Below are positions 10,905-20,857 of a DNA stretch of 64,000 nucleotides, one piece after another. Both the position numbers and the translations under genes were made by a program. The notes under the pieces are model-generated. The model did not search any database. It was not told the DNA's origin and was given only the letters and a program-made list of their open reading frames with translations. Location: positions 310,001-374,000 of the forward strand of contig JAANOX010000033.1 in NCBI GenBank assembly GCA_020184695.1, written 5' to 3'. Each line of letters starts with the position of its first letter. The stretch's first letter is position 1. The DNA comes from Histomonas meleagridis 2922-C6/04-290x. Its lineage: Eukaryota > Protista > Parabasalia.

Positions 10905-11297
10905 TTATCTTTTACTTTTTAGATAATCACTATACTCATCTAAGTTCATAAGATTGGATGTATCATCACTTTCAAGATGTAGCTTGAGAATCCAACCTTC
11001 TCTCTCAGGAGATTTATTTATGATTGAAGGATCTAATTGAACATTCTTATTTGTTTCAATTATTTTTCCAGCTAATGGAGCAAATATTGGATGTGTTGCT
11101 TTAGAAGACTCAATTTCACATAGTGTATCACTTGCTTTAACTTCTTTACCAATAAGAGGTTCAACATAATAAATATCACCAAGATGATTTACTGCATGAA
11201 CTGTAATCCCAACTGTTCCCACATGCCCAATGATATCAATCCATTCATGTGTTGGGGTGTAAAATTTAGTAAAAGAATTTGAAATATTTGATATCAT
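10905..11297 (-). CDS. GCSH: Glycine cleavage system H protein (lipoyl carrier), probably hydrogenosomal
   Basis: YTPTHEWI, GTVGITVHAVNHLGDIYYVE, lipoyl-Lys motif EIESSKA, INKSPEREGWILKL. Short Ser/Asn-rich leader MISNISNSFTKF. Confidence 0.92.
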   Translation of the reverse strand: MISNISNSFTKFYTPTHEWIDIIGHVGTVGITVHAVNHLGDIYYVEPLIGKEVKASDTLCEIESSKATHPIFAPLAGKIIETNKNVQLDPSIINKSPEREGWILKLHLESDDTSNLMNLDEYSDYLKSKR

Positions 11298-11467
11298 TTA
11301 TTTTTTGAAATCATTTTAACCTTTGTTCCTAAAAAATTTAAACGAAAAGAAAAAAACTAAAGCTTTTAAGCTAAAGTTAAAATTTTATCATATAAAATAT
11401 ATTTCCAATTAAGGTTCACGCGTCTAATTTAATCCCTCAGATAAAATGTAATATATCTTCCTTTGAA

Positions 11468-11976
11468 ATGAATTCCAAAGTCATTTCAGGAGTTGCTGTA
11501 AGAAGACCTTTGTCAATTCCATCATGTATTGATTGTTATGGTGTTGTACTCTGTCATTCAGCAACTGTCATCACATCAGTTACTGGATATTATATGATCG
11601 AATATATGAATGACAATTTTGTTCATGTAACAAGGTGTAATAATTATATTCCAGGAAGAAATTTTAAATTTCAAAAAAGAATTTGGATCCATGATGATCC
11701 AGATCAAAAGTTCTCTCGATTAATTCTACAGTAGGTGATTTTGCTATATCTATGGCAAAAATAATGAAAGAGAAAAAATTTAACACATATACACATAATT
11801 GTCTGAATGCACGTTATTTAACCATGAAAAAATATGGAATGATGTCAAGAGATCCCTTAAATAATAAAAGGTGCATCTTTTTCCAAGGATGGTTTGATTA
11901 TTATGGAAAAAAATACAGAATTCCAAATATTGAAAAGAAAAACTTAAAAGATTTCAGTTTCCAACAAATGAAATAA
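11468..11976 (+). pseudogene. Frameshifted gene for a putative permuted papain-fold (PPPDE/LRAT-like) protein
   Basis: ORF 11468-11734 carries LCHSATVI...YMIEY. The frame of ORF 11752-11976 is open back to ~11698 (RSKVLSINSTVGDFAISMAK) and carries KFNTYTHNCLN. One missing base near 11700 joins them. Confidence 0.45.
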
Positions 11977-12962
11977 TATTTCATTTTAAAAATAAAATTT
12001 TAATTTTTATATATTTTTATTTTAATAATAATGTTTATAAAAATTCAATTTTCATAAGTCACATCAACATATCAGCACCGATAACTTTATTTTATATTCC
12101 AAATTGACAAATTTGAAACTGTATTATGTTTTCTTATATCAGAATTTTATGTAACTAAATTGAAGTTTTTATCAATACTAATTAATATTAATACTTACTA
12201 GAAAAACATTGTTACCCTTAAACAAGTATTTACACATTTCGCTTTCTTCTTGAGTAAATTCCTTTTTTGTTACAATAAAATTATAAGAAAGGTACCTTTC
12301 TTCTTGTGTAAATTTTTTTTTAAATAATACTATAAGCTTTATGCAAATTTATAAATTTATAAGGCCGGCCTCAGTGTTTTGTCACAAACATTTCCAAATA
12401 ATGTATCATAAAAAACAACACAAAAGGTTCTACTGTCTATAAATGGCGTCTCACGCTGAGTTGCAACTAGTTATGTATACATAATAGTTAATTCTTCATT
12501 TGGTTTGTCAAACACCTTTTGATATTATCGTAAATCATAACACTAGTTCAAGATTCTGTAGTTTTAGTATAAAATTTCTTTCTTTTGTATATAATGAAAG
12601 ATACATGGTATTTTGTCTAGGGAAATTCTTTAAAACATTCTTTGTTTGTTGTTATAATTATAACAAATTTTAATATTATAAGCATATGAAATATTTTGAA
12701 TAAAGTGAAAAAATACGTGTTACTCACTATTCTTTTTTCCAGTTGATGTGAATGACATAATTAAGTTTGAAGAATCCGTATGAACCTTTTTTAGTATCTT
12801 AAATGCAATGGAACATTTCCCAGTTATTAGTTCAGTATTTAATGTATTTTAATCAAATTTTAATTATAAATTTTTATATGATTTACATATTCATTAATTC
12901 ACTCATTCCAAACTAAACAATAACTCGAATAGTTTTTACTATCAAAATCGCTAATTCATATT

Positions 12963-13931
12963 CTAAGGTGTTTGCTGATTCTTTTCGTTTCTTTGTAACT
13001 TTATCATTGGCTTCAGCTTTTCGACCTTTACATACATTTTATTCAAATTCGGCCTCTCTACAATCCAAAAATCAGAGTAAGACGAGTCGATTATCTTCAC
13101 CGGATCATTTTCCTTGAAGACGACTTCGCCTGTCTCTTCATCAGTGATGTCCACTTTGGCCATCATCATTTTGCCATTTCCGTTATTGAATGTAAACAGA
13201 TCTGGAATATTAAACTTAGGCTCGCTGTATCCGACAAAAAGAGCTCTGAGGCGTTCAATCGCTTGATCTATAACGTTAAATGTCTCATCAAGGGATATCG
13301 TTTCTTTATGTTCTTGGAATTGAATGTCTGGGAAATTGGCACTCCCTCGTGCATTGATGCCTTTGTGTAGTGCAGATTCGAATTTGGCACCGATTTTAAT
13401 GATAGATTTAACTTGATCTGACAATTGGATTATTTCGGCTTCGGTGGTTTTAAGCATATTCATGTAACGGAGATATTCAGTATGCTTCTGAAAGCCAGAT
13501 TCAACAACTTTAGTACTGGTGAAACCTTTGGTAGAAATGGACATCTCATATGAAAATTGATCTTCGGCTTTAGAAAGTGATGCTACGATATTCTGAATGT
13601 TATTTTTGATGTCAGAGAGTGGGTCAGATATATCTGTTTCAAGATATTTCTTGGAATTAAGTAATGAAATCTGAATGAAAGATTTTAACTCTTCGAGTTT
13701 CTGTCCTATTTGGACAGAGTTTTGGGAAATTATGCTAATAATTTGTGGATGAAGATTGGTATCATTTTTAGGTACATAAAATGAATTTAAAATTTCGATT
13801 ATTTTAGTTAATTTTTTGACGCACAATGCATACCACTTTTGAAAAGATTTGAATTCTTTTTGGAGAGAATAACCAGCACCAATAATTGTACCAAATTCTT
13901 CGTTAACTTTTTCGAATTTGTTGGCTATCAT
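12963..13931 (-). CDS. Helical (BAR/F-BAR-like) protein with C-terminal SH3-like domain
   Basis: 322 aa. C-terminal AKVDITDEETGEVVFKENDPVKIIDSSYSDFWIVE...MYVKVEKL resembles SH3 (ALYDY...ELSF..GD.I.....DWW); N-terminal part is helical. Confidence 0.55.
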   Translation of the reverse strand: MIANKFEKVNEEFGTIIGAGYSLQKEFKSFQKWYALCVKKLTKIIEILNSFYVPKNDTNLHPQIISIISQNSVQIGQKLEELKSFIQISLLNSKKYLETDISDPLSDIKNNIQNIVASLSKAEDQFSYEMSISTKGFTSTKVVESGFQKHTEYLRYMNMLKTTEAEIIQLSDQVKSIIKIGAKFESALHKGINARGSANFPDIQFQEHKETISLDETFNVIDQAIERLRALFVGYSEPKFNIPDLFTFNNGNGKMMMAKVDITDEETGEVVFKENDPVKIIDSSYSDFWIVERPNLNKMYVKVEKLKPMIKLQRNEKNQQTP

Positions 13932-14294
13932 TATTTTTTGTCAATAGGGCACCCTAAATAGTAAAAGACCGTTTATTTTGGCGGAATAACCACCACAAAT
14001 AATTCACACATTTTGATGTTTTTTTCCATTTGTTATGCTGCTAGAACAATAAGGCCATGTAAAATCAATATTTTTTGTGATGTTTCTCCACGCTTTATGA
14101 AATCTATCAAATTTTTATTCACATGTTTTTATTTGATTACAAAATTGACAAAAAATACAATATTAAAAATGAAAGGCCAATAAGAACTTTATTTGTAAAT
14201 TATAATACACTAATCTTTTTTGTGCATATTCTTTATCAGTTGATGGTTCTATTACACTTGAGATTGACGATGTTATCCTATGTTTCGAATGTAT

Positions 14295-14627
14295 TGTAGG
14301 AAAGGAAATGATTTTATAATATTGTTTATAGCTTAAATGATCACTTAAGTTTTTTAGAAGCTCAAACACGTTGTTCGGATATTTTTGCAGAAAAAAAACG
14401 AGCCAATATACCAATTGTATTATGTGCTAATAAATGCGATCGCGAAGATGATGAAATTGTTATTAGCAGACGAAAAGGCGAAGAGCACGCATCAATATAC
14501 AATGCAAAATATGTCGAAACCTCAGCGCTTTTGAATATCGGCATTACTGAAGCATTTTCTGCCATTGTCAGATTGCTGAGATATGGCACCAGAACCTGAT
14601 GAAAAGAAGGGCTGCGTAGTGTCTTAA
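14295..14627 (+). pseudogene. Ras-family small GTPase relic (C-terminal half, two frameshifts); not in the ORF track
   Basis: GNDFII/VYSLNDHLSFLEA, IPIVLCANKCD (G4), KYVETSALLNIGITEAF (G5), then a frameshift to APEPDEKKGCVVS* (CaaX). G1-G3 are not recognisable upstream. Start coordinate approximate. Confidence 0.8.
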
Positions 14628-14687
14628 AAGGATATATGTATTTTACAAAATTTATTATGCATACAATCAAATTAAATAATTAATTTT

Positions 14688-16007
14688 TTATTCTTCTTTC
14701 TTGTTTTCATCAATAGTTTCATATCCTTCTGTAATCATATCATTGATTCCTAAAACTTCATTTTGTTCAAATGTTCGTTCGTAATCTTCGATCACTAATT
14801 TGTCATCTTTATCACCAAGAACTTGGATATATGAATTAGCGAGTGGATCATCCATTATTAATGTAAATGGAACCTTGTTATGATAATATTGTTGTATCGC
14901 TTCAATAATCTTTTGTATCTTGTCACCTTCACCTGGCATAGCTGAATCACCATTCGCAAACGGATTATTCTCTTTCAAATTGCTATGGATATCGCGCATT
15001 AATCCTTCGACGGTTGTGAACTTCCCTCCTAATGTTCCTGGAATAAGCTCTAAATCGCACTCCGGAATCTTTATAGATGCTGTCTCGGACTTAAGGAGTT
15101 CACGATTAAGATCTGCTTCGCTATCAGCATGAAGTGTTATTTTTCTTGCTTTTGGTGAGACTGCACCACCAACAAGAACTTCTGCATTATGATAACCACA
15201 TGAATCACAATTGAAGGCCATAAGATTAATCTCTTTGAAGTGTGGAATATGTAATGTACAAGATTTCATTGTTCCATTAACAGAACAAACTGGACATTCA
15301 GTGTCAAAGGACATAACCTCATTGTCTCCCTGTGCAAATACAGAATCAATACGTTCTCCATCATCAAGTTCGAAGTTATCTGTTTGTGGTTTGGTCATTA
15401 ATCCAATGGCTTCGGCTTGTTCTGGCGTGCGTTTGTAGAAGCGAACACTAAGGTTTGGATCCTTTTGTGGTGCTAATGGATTCTCTATAAAGCTATTACC
15501 TGATGGATCATCAAGAATGAGATCAAATTGAACAAGTCCTTTGACACATTGTTGAAGGTTGTCAAGAAATTCAACAAGAGCAGGAGTTTGCTCAGATGTC
15601 TTGAGACCTTCATAGGTTTGTTCAAGTACACCTTCGATTGTACTGATGCTATCTCCTTGTGTAGGTCCTGGAATTTCAAGATCAATGGCAGGTACTTTGA
15701 TAACACCATGACAACTTTTAACAATTCTACGATTGAGGTCTTCTGGAGATTTTACATGAAGTTCATAATGAACACCTTTTGCTGGGTATTCTCCTGCAAA
15801 CTGAACTGAATTATTTTGGAAATTGCAATGAGGGCATTCAAAACGGGATATCATAACTTCTCTAAAGAATGGGATTTTAGTAAGGAGTAATGTTGATGTT
15901 CCATTTTTCATACAATTCATACATAAAGATTCCATTTGAATTGGCTTCACATTTGGTCCTATTTCCAAAAAGATTGGTGGTGGATTATCTGACTTTTCAG
16001 ATTTCAT
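14688..16007 (-). CDS. ZPR1: Zinc finger protein ZPR1
   Basis: Two ZnF+A/B modules: ESLCMNC...IPFFREV...CPHCNFQNN and CPVC...IPHFKEI...CDSCGYHNAEV; PGTLGGKFTTVEG; LDDPSGNSFIEN. Confidence 0.96.
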   Translation of the reverse strand: MKSEKSDNPPPIFLEIGPNVKPIQMESLCMNCMKNGTSTLLLTKIPFFREVMISRFECPHCNFQNNSVQFAGEYPAKGVHYELHVKSPEDLNRRIVKSCHGVIKVPAIDLEIPGPTQGDSISTIEGVLEQTYEGLKTSEQTPALVEFLDNLQQCVKGLVQFDLILDDPSGNSFIENPLAPQKDPNLSVRFYKRTPEQAEAIGLMTKPQTDNFELDDGERIDSVFAQGDNEVMSFDTECPVCSVNGTMKSCTLHIPHFKEINLMAFNCDSCGYHNAEVLVGGAVSPKARKITLHADSEADLNRELLKSETASIKIPECDLELIPGTLGGKFTTVEGLMRDIHSNLKENNPFANGDSAMPGEGDKIQKIIEAIQQYYHNKVPFTLIMDDPLANSYIQVLGDKDDKLVIEDYERTFEQNEVLGINDMITEGYETIDENKKEE

Positions 16008-16338
16008 TCAACGAAAAAAATGGTCATTGAAGACCGTTGGGCAAAATATAGTATTCAAAAAGTTGATTGGCCAAAATCTTTTCGAAAAGAGATGAAAATT
16101 GGGTTTAAATTCGGAAATCACATTATAATATTAAATTTTATACATCAAACAAAGAAATGTCATGTACTTATGTTACAAATAATGATATAATAAAATGATT
16201 TTAAAATTAAAAATTATCGGAAAGCAAATATTGTTCAAACTTTAAAATTCTAATAAAGCACAAGGCGATGCCAAATAAAAGAAAAGGTAATGAACATGTT
16301 CTGATCAAAAAGAAAATATTAGAATAGAGTAAACATTT

Positions 16339-16563
16339 TTACTCACGTTTGTCAAGGTAGATAACTTCTAGACCTTGTGGTATTGACTCTGTAACAAGTT
16401 GAACGAATTTTGGTTGCTTGACTGTTAATGTGTATAAGTATCTTGTAGTCCTAAGCTTGAACTTTGTATCTCCGTTCTTAACCTTCTTAACCTTAACCCA
16501 CTTTGCGTCTGGGCGTGCAGCGAGTTCAAGGAACTTACGTGGTGTCTGAACAGATCTTGGCAT
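16339..16563 (-). CDS. RPL38: 60S ribosomal protein L38
   Basis: MPRSVQTPRKFLELAARPDAKWVKVKK...TKFKLRTTRYLYTL...SIPQGLEV matches the eL38 signature. Confidence 0.96.
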   Translation of the reverse strand: MPRSVQTPRKFLELAARPDAKWVKVKKVKNGDTKFKLRTTRYLYTLTVKQPKFVQLVTESIPQGLEVIYLDKRE

Positions 16564-16568
16564 CTTGC

Positions 16569-16588
16569 AAAAGGACGACCAAACCGTA
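16569..16588 (-). promoter_or_regulatory. M5 (CCTTT) plus M3 core promoter of RPL38
   Basis: Minus strand has CCTTTT at 16574-16569 just before the ATG, and TACGGTTT at 16588-16581. This is the M3+M5 arrangement described for Trichomonas ribosomal protein genes. Confidence 0.6.
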
Positions 16589-16753
16589 AGAAGACCGTTT
16601 AGCCAGATGATATCACCGACCGTTAAATACTATTTTTGGTTTTTTTGTGGCTTTAATTGTTATTAAAAAACATAGAGTATACTCAAGAAAGAACCAATAG
16701 AAAAAGAAAAAAAATTATGTTGTTCCAAAAAAATTATTTTATTAATTTTAGAA

Positions 16754-17254
16754 TTAGGTTTCTTTCTTTTCATTTTCTTCATTGTCGTTAACTTCAGGAT
16801 TTTGGATTTGATTTTCAGTCTGTGCCTCGTCTAACATTTTGGTAATTTCATTATATTGATCGGAGAAAACATTGATAAGATGTGAAAAAAAGATATGCGC
16901 ATTTTCATTGAACTTTCTCTCGTTGGAATCTTCTGCAAATTCAAATAAAAATGGAAATGCTTCCCTTAAGTTGTTTCCAAAGAATTGAATAATAGTGTGA
17001 GAACCAGTAAACTTATTATTAACGAAATAGGATAAAATTATAAGCTTAACAAGTCCATATATTACACTAGAATCTAATAAAATATCTAAGAATGTTGTCA
17101 ATACTTTCATCAAAACCATTGCAACAAAGTGTTCCAAAGCCATGTATAATCGCTTCCTTTTTCTTTCAGCCAAATATTCGTATAAACAAAAAGATGGGTA
17201 TAAAAATCCGATTATAAATACAGCTGCGTTGACAATAAAGGCAAACAGTTCCAT
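16754..17254 (-). CDS. TB2/DP1/HVA22 (REEP/Yop1-like) ER-shaping protein
   Basis: IGFLYPSFCLY, two hydrophobic hairpins, YGLVKLIIL. Confidence 0.65.
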   Translation of the reverse strand: MELFAFIVNAAVFIIGFLYPSFCLYEYLAERKRKRLYMALEHFVAMVLMKVLTTFLDILLDSSVIYGLVKLIILSYFVNNKFTGSHTIIQFFGNNLREAFPFLFEFAEDSNERKFNENAHIFFSHLINVFSDQYNEITKMLDEAQTENQIQNPEVNDNEENEKKET

Positions 17255-18122
17255 TTTAAAAGGGGTAACCCTAAAAATTATTCAAAAAGTGTAAAATATC
17301 AATTTATGCCCACAACACAAGCTTCAAAGGATTGAATTTCGAAATATTTTTTTTTTAATTTTGATTTATTAAAACTGTGTTTTTTTGATGTGCCACTCTA
17401 AGTGGATGCTCTGAAATATAAAATTATTAAGAGCCATGTAAATTTCCATTATTACTGAAGTTCATCTTTAGAACTTTTTTCAATTGCTCATTTTTCTTTT
17501 GCAGAGTCGAAATCTTTGCTTTTAGATTAACCTCAATTGAATTACAGACTGGTGAATTCCTGTTTTGGAATCCTCTTGTACACGGAGGCGAAAAATTACT
17601 CATAAATGGAATAACGGGTTAAGATTTTGACGATGAAATTTACCTAAAAAGGCATCAAAGTATCGTGTTTTCAACAATTTTTCAAATATAAATACCTCTA
17701 AACGTTATGCGGAAAATCCTTAGATATTATGAATTTATTGATAGATTAATATCATATTATAAAGTATTATTTTAAATTTATAAATAGATTTTCAAGACCA
17801 TTTTTTTTGTCCCATGTTCTGATGTTACAACCAACTGGCCATATATATAAATTTACAAACTCCGATTTATATAGTTAACTATAAATGAAATTTACAGGGC
17901 GCCCCTTATAACAATTTATGGCAAATTATTGTCAAAATAAGTCAAATCGTTTTGCAGCTTGATCGGTTTTGACTGAAAAAATAAACGTTTCACTTATGAT
18001 TTCATAATTTTTGCTTGTTGGTACTCACCATCTGCTTTCAGAAGTTTTTAAAAAACAAAAAACACAAAACTAAAAATGATTTACTTTAGAACACACCATA
18101 TTTTATTATATATTTATCGTAG

Positions 18123-19404
18123 TTACATTTGCACAATAAATTTATCTTCTTTGAAATCATCTGCAAATGGATCTTCTTCAATATTTGATATAGATATTCC
18201 TGTTGTGAATGTGTTTGTTGTTTGGTTATTATCATTTTGTTGTTCTGAAATTTCATTTTCAACAATTTCTTCTTTTTTATTTTTAATTCGAATCAATAAT
18301 ATAATTAGTAATGAAATTATAATAATAATAACAACAACAATAACGCAAACGATTATTATGATAATTGTTGTTTTGTTGTCATTTGTTTGAAATTCGTTGT
18401 TATAAATAAATGTAAAGAAGTTCGAATAATAAATATAATATGTCGAATAAATAATAACTGTGTAATCATAATATATAAATTCTGTTTCAATATAAATATA
18501 CGACGAATTAATTGCAATTAGTGAAAGTGATTTCGTTTGCATTTCATAATAAGTAAACGAATGTGTAATAGATAATGTGACCGTTAATAAGTATGAAAAA
18601 GATTTCGTTAAATCATTTTGAAATGATTCAGTAAATGCATTCGATGTATTATTACTACTGAATGAATGCGGCGCTGAAAATGTATTTGAATCAGAATATG
18701 TATTACTTCGACTGAATGTGTGTGATGAAGAAAATGAAATTGTTGCAATCGGGCTGCAGTTTCCTTCTGTGTTGTCTTTGTCAACACCTAAATTTCCAAA
18801 TTTACTTCCTGCATATGTTGGATATGTGATAACACTTGCTGTAACATTATAAAATGCATTATCTCCAATACTTGGTTCTGTATATCCATAATAATAAATG
18901 CATTCAAGTGAATTACAATTACCAAATGCTGAACTTCCAATTTCTCTTATTCCAGACCCAAGTGTTAATATTCTTAAATTAGAACATAATGAAAATGCTG
19001 AACTCCCAATTGAAGTGACTGAAATTGGAATTGTAATGCTTTTGATGGATGAACACAATGAAAATGCTCCACCACCAATTCTTGTAACATTTCCACCAAA
19101 TATAATCCTTTCTAAATTAGAACATAACGAAAACACATAACCACCAATATCTGATATAGAATTACCAAAATTAACTGAAATAACTAATGGCCATCCTGAA
19201 AAATACATCACCTGGAATCGAATAAATTCCTTTACTAATGTTTACAAATTTCGTGACGTTTTTATATTGATCAATTTGTTCAAAATCATTTAAATTTGTT
19301 ATTATTAATGTTGAGTTATTATCATATAATATTTGAAAGGAATTTATGAAAAATATAACAAAAATTATAACGTTTTTATGTTTTTTCTTTTCGCATGTTT
19401 TCAA
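18123..19404 (-). pseudogene. BspA-like LRR type I membrane protein, copy A (one frameshift, no clear ATG)
   Basis: TpLRR repeats (IGGYVFSLCSNLERIIFG..., IGSSAFSLCSNL), CIYYYG cap, SNTFS stalk, TM IIIIIVCVIVVVIIIIISLLIILLI, acidic tail. ORFs 19171-19752 and 18123-19211 are joined by removing one A at 19199-19203. Confidence 0.8.
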
Positions 19405-19409
19405 TTTGT
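18698..19409. repeat. 712-bp near-identical direct duplication (partner 23176-23887)
   Basis: Identical by eye apart from two 1-nt homopolymer indels; offset is 4478 at both ends. Confidence 0.9.
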
Positions 19410-20421
19410 AATTGGTCAAAGAAAATTTCTGTAGAAAAAGTGGTTTTTTCTGAAAAATATTGACATAAACCACTAATATCATTGAAAAAACGGCGGTTAA
19501 ACGAGCAAAAGCATTGAATTTAAGTGGTCGGTCTTTTTTATCGTTTTGCATCAATGAAAAACAAAGAAATTTACTCTGGGTCAAAGATAGATTCTCATAA
19601 CATCTTTTCATGGTTTGCATTGATGTATTACCTTCAGTCAGCATACTGGCTATAAAGGATTTATTTTGGGTAATTGTAAAATATGATACTGATAATTTTA
19701 ATTTGACATTAAATATTTGAAGCACAACTAATGTGTTCTCTGTACGAGCCAAGAAATCTGGAAATAAACTGGTTTAAAGAAAATAGAATTCTTGTTAAAT
19801 ATATCAAAATTCTGGTTATGAATCTCAACGAATGGATCTTCTGCACTGCGCCCATGCGCAAGTCCTTCTTTGCAAAGGCTCTTTTTCATATTTGATATTT
19901 TTATAGTCGTAAGGAATGGGCTTTCTGGTATAATACTGTTACTAAATTGCTTTGTAATGGACGAAACGAGCAGCAAATGAAGAATTCTCATGATTCAAGA
20001 CCTGATATAGTCGAAGGCCTTAACCAAATACACATCGGCTAAAAAAAAAAAAAAAAATCATACGGTTAACATATAAGAAATTTGTTGTTGTTTTTTTTTA
20101 TTTTTTTCAATTTAACCTGAAATTTTATTTCAATATTTAAAGGCGCCTACAAAAGGTGGCGCTTTAAATGATTATAAAGTCACTTTTAAATAATATAATG
20201 AATGAACGCGATAAAACTGAGTCTGGTGGTCGTAATGATACATCTTTGTTGGTGGTAAACATGTTTTAAGTTATTAAATTTCATTAATTTCAAGAGATAT
20301 AAATTTTTAATGACATATTAACCATTTCCTTCAAGATATATCATATTTTTAAATGAAATATATTAATGTATGTGTGTAAGTATTAAGGTCCATATCTAAA
20401 TACTTCTAAATTTCATCGTTA

Positions 20422-20709
20422 ATGGAGGAAGCATCATGCAAAGCAGTAGAGATTGCATGCCTTATTAGTGGACAAACATCAATAAGCGCAAAAATGAAAT
20501 TGTTTTATCAAAGACCTTCAAGGTTAGGCTCTAATGTTTCTGTTATATCAAGAATTGTTGATATTGATAAAGATGGTATTCATTTTGAAATTGAAGCATC
20601 GGACGAAAAAGGGATTGTGGGAACAGCAAAACATACAAGGGTGTTTGTTGATAAAGATGATTTCGAAAAGCGTTGCTACGAAACTGCAAGACGCGCTCGC
20701 CAAATTTAG
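20422..20709 (+). CDS. Fluoroacetyl-CoA thioesterase (FlK)-like hotdog-fold protein, N-terminus apparently degraded
   Basis: MEEASCKAV...GQTSISAKMKLFYQRPSRLGSNV...FEIEASDEKGIVGTAKHTRVFVDKDDF aligns by eye with the FlK family pattern LME.A..AV...G.T.VG....H.AAT..G...F.V.A.D....IG.G.H.R.IV....F. Confidence 0.7.
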   Translation: MEEASCKAVEIACLISGQTSISAKMKLFYQRPSRLGSNVSVISRIVDIDKDGIHFEIEASDEKGIVGTAKHTRVFVDKDDFEKRCYETARRARQI

Positions 20710-20857
20710 GTATTGTTTAGAATTGGTTCTTTGTCTTTATAAATCACGTTTTGCTAAAATAACTAAAAACTCGCCTAATTCTTTAATATTGCTTTTAATA
20801 TAATAATGTGAAGAATGTCAATTAATATTATAGAAAACAAAGAGAAGAAAAAATACT

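Noticed and set aside
12963-12965. Genome-wide TAG reassignment (alternative nuclear code)
   Set aside because: Long conserved host ORFs contain no in-frame TAG or TAA, and TAG ends at least two ORFs plausibly (12963, 20709); the standard code fits.
19410-20057. Possible poly(A)-tailed retro-insertion upstream of BspA copy A
   Set aside because: Only an A18 run and a 4-bp match to the copy-B flank; no target-site duplication or recognisable coding relic.
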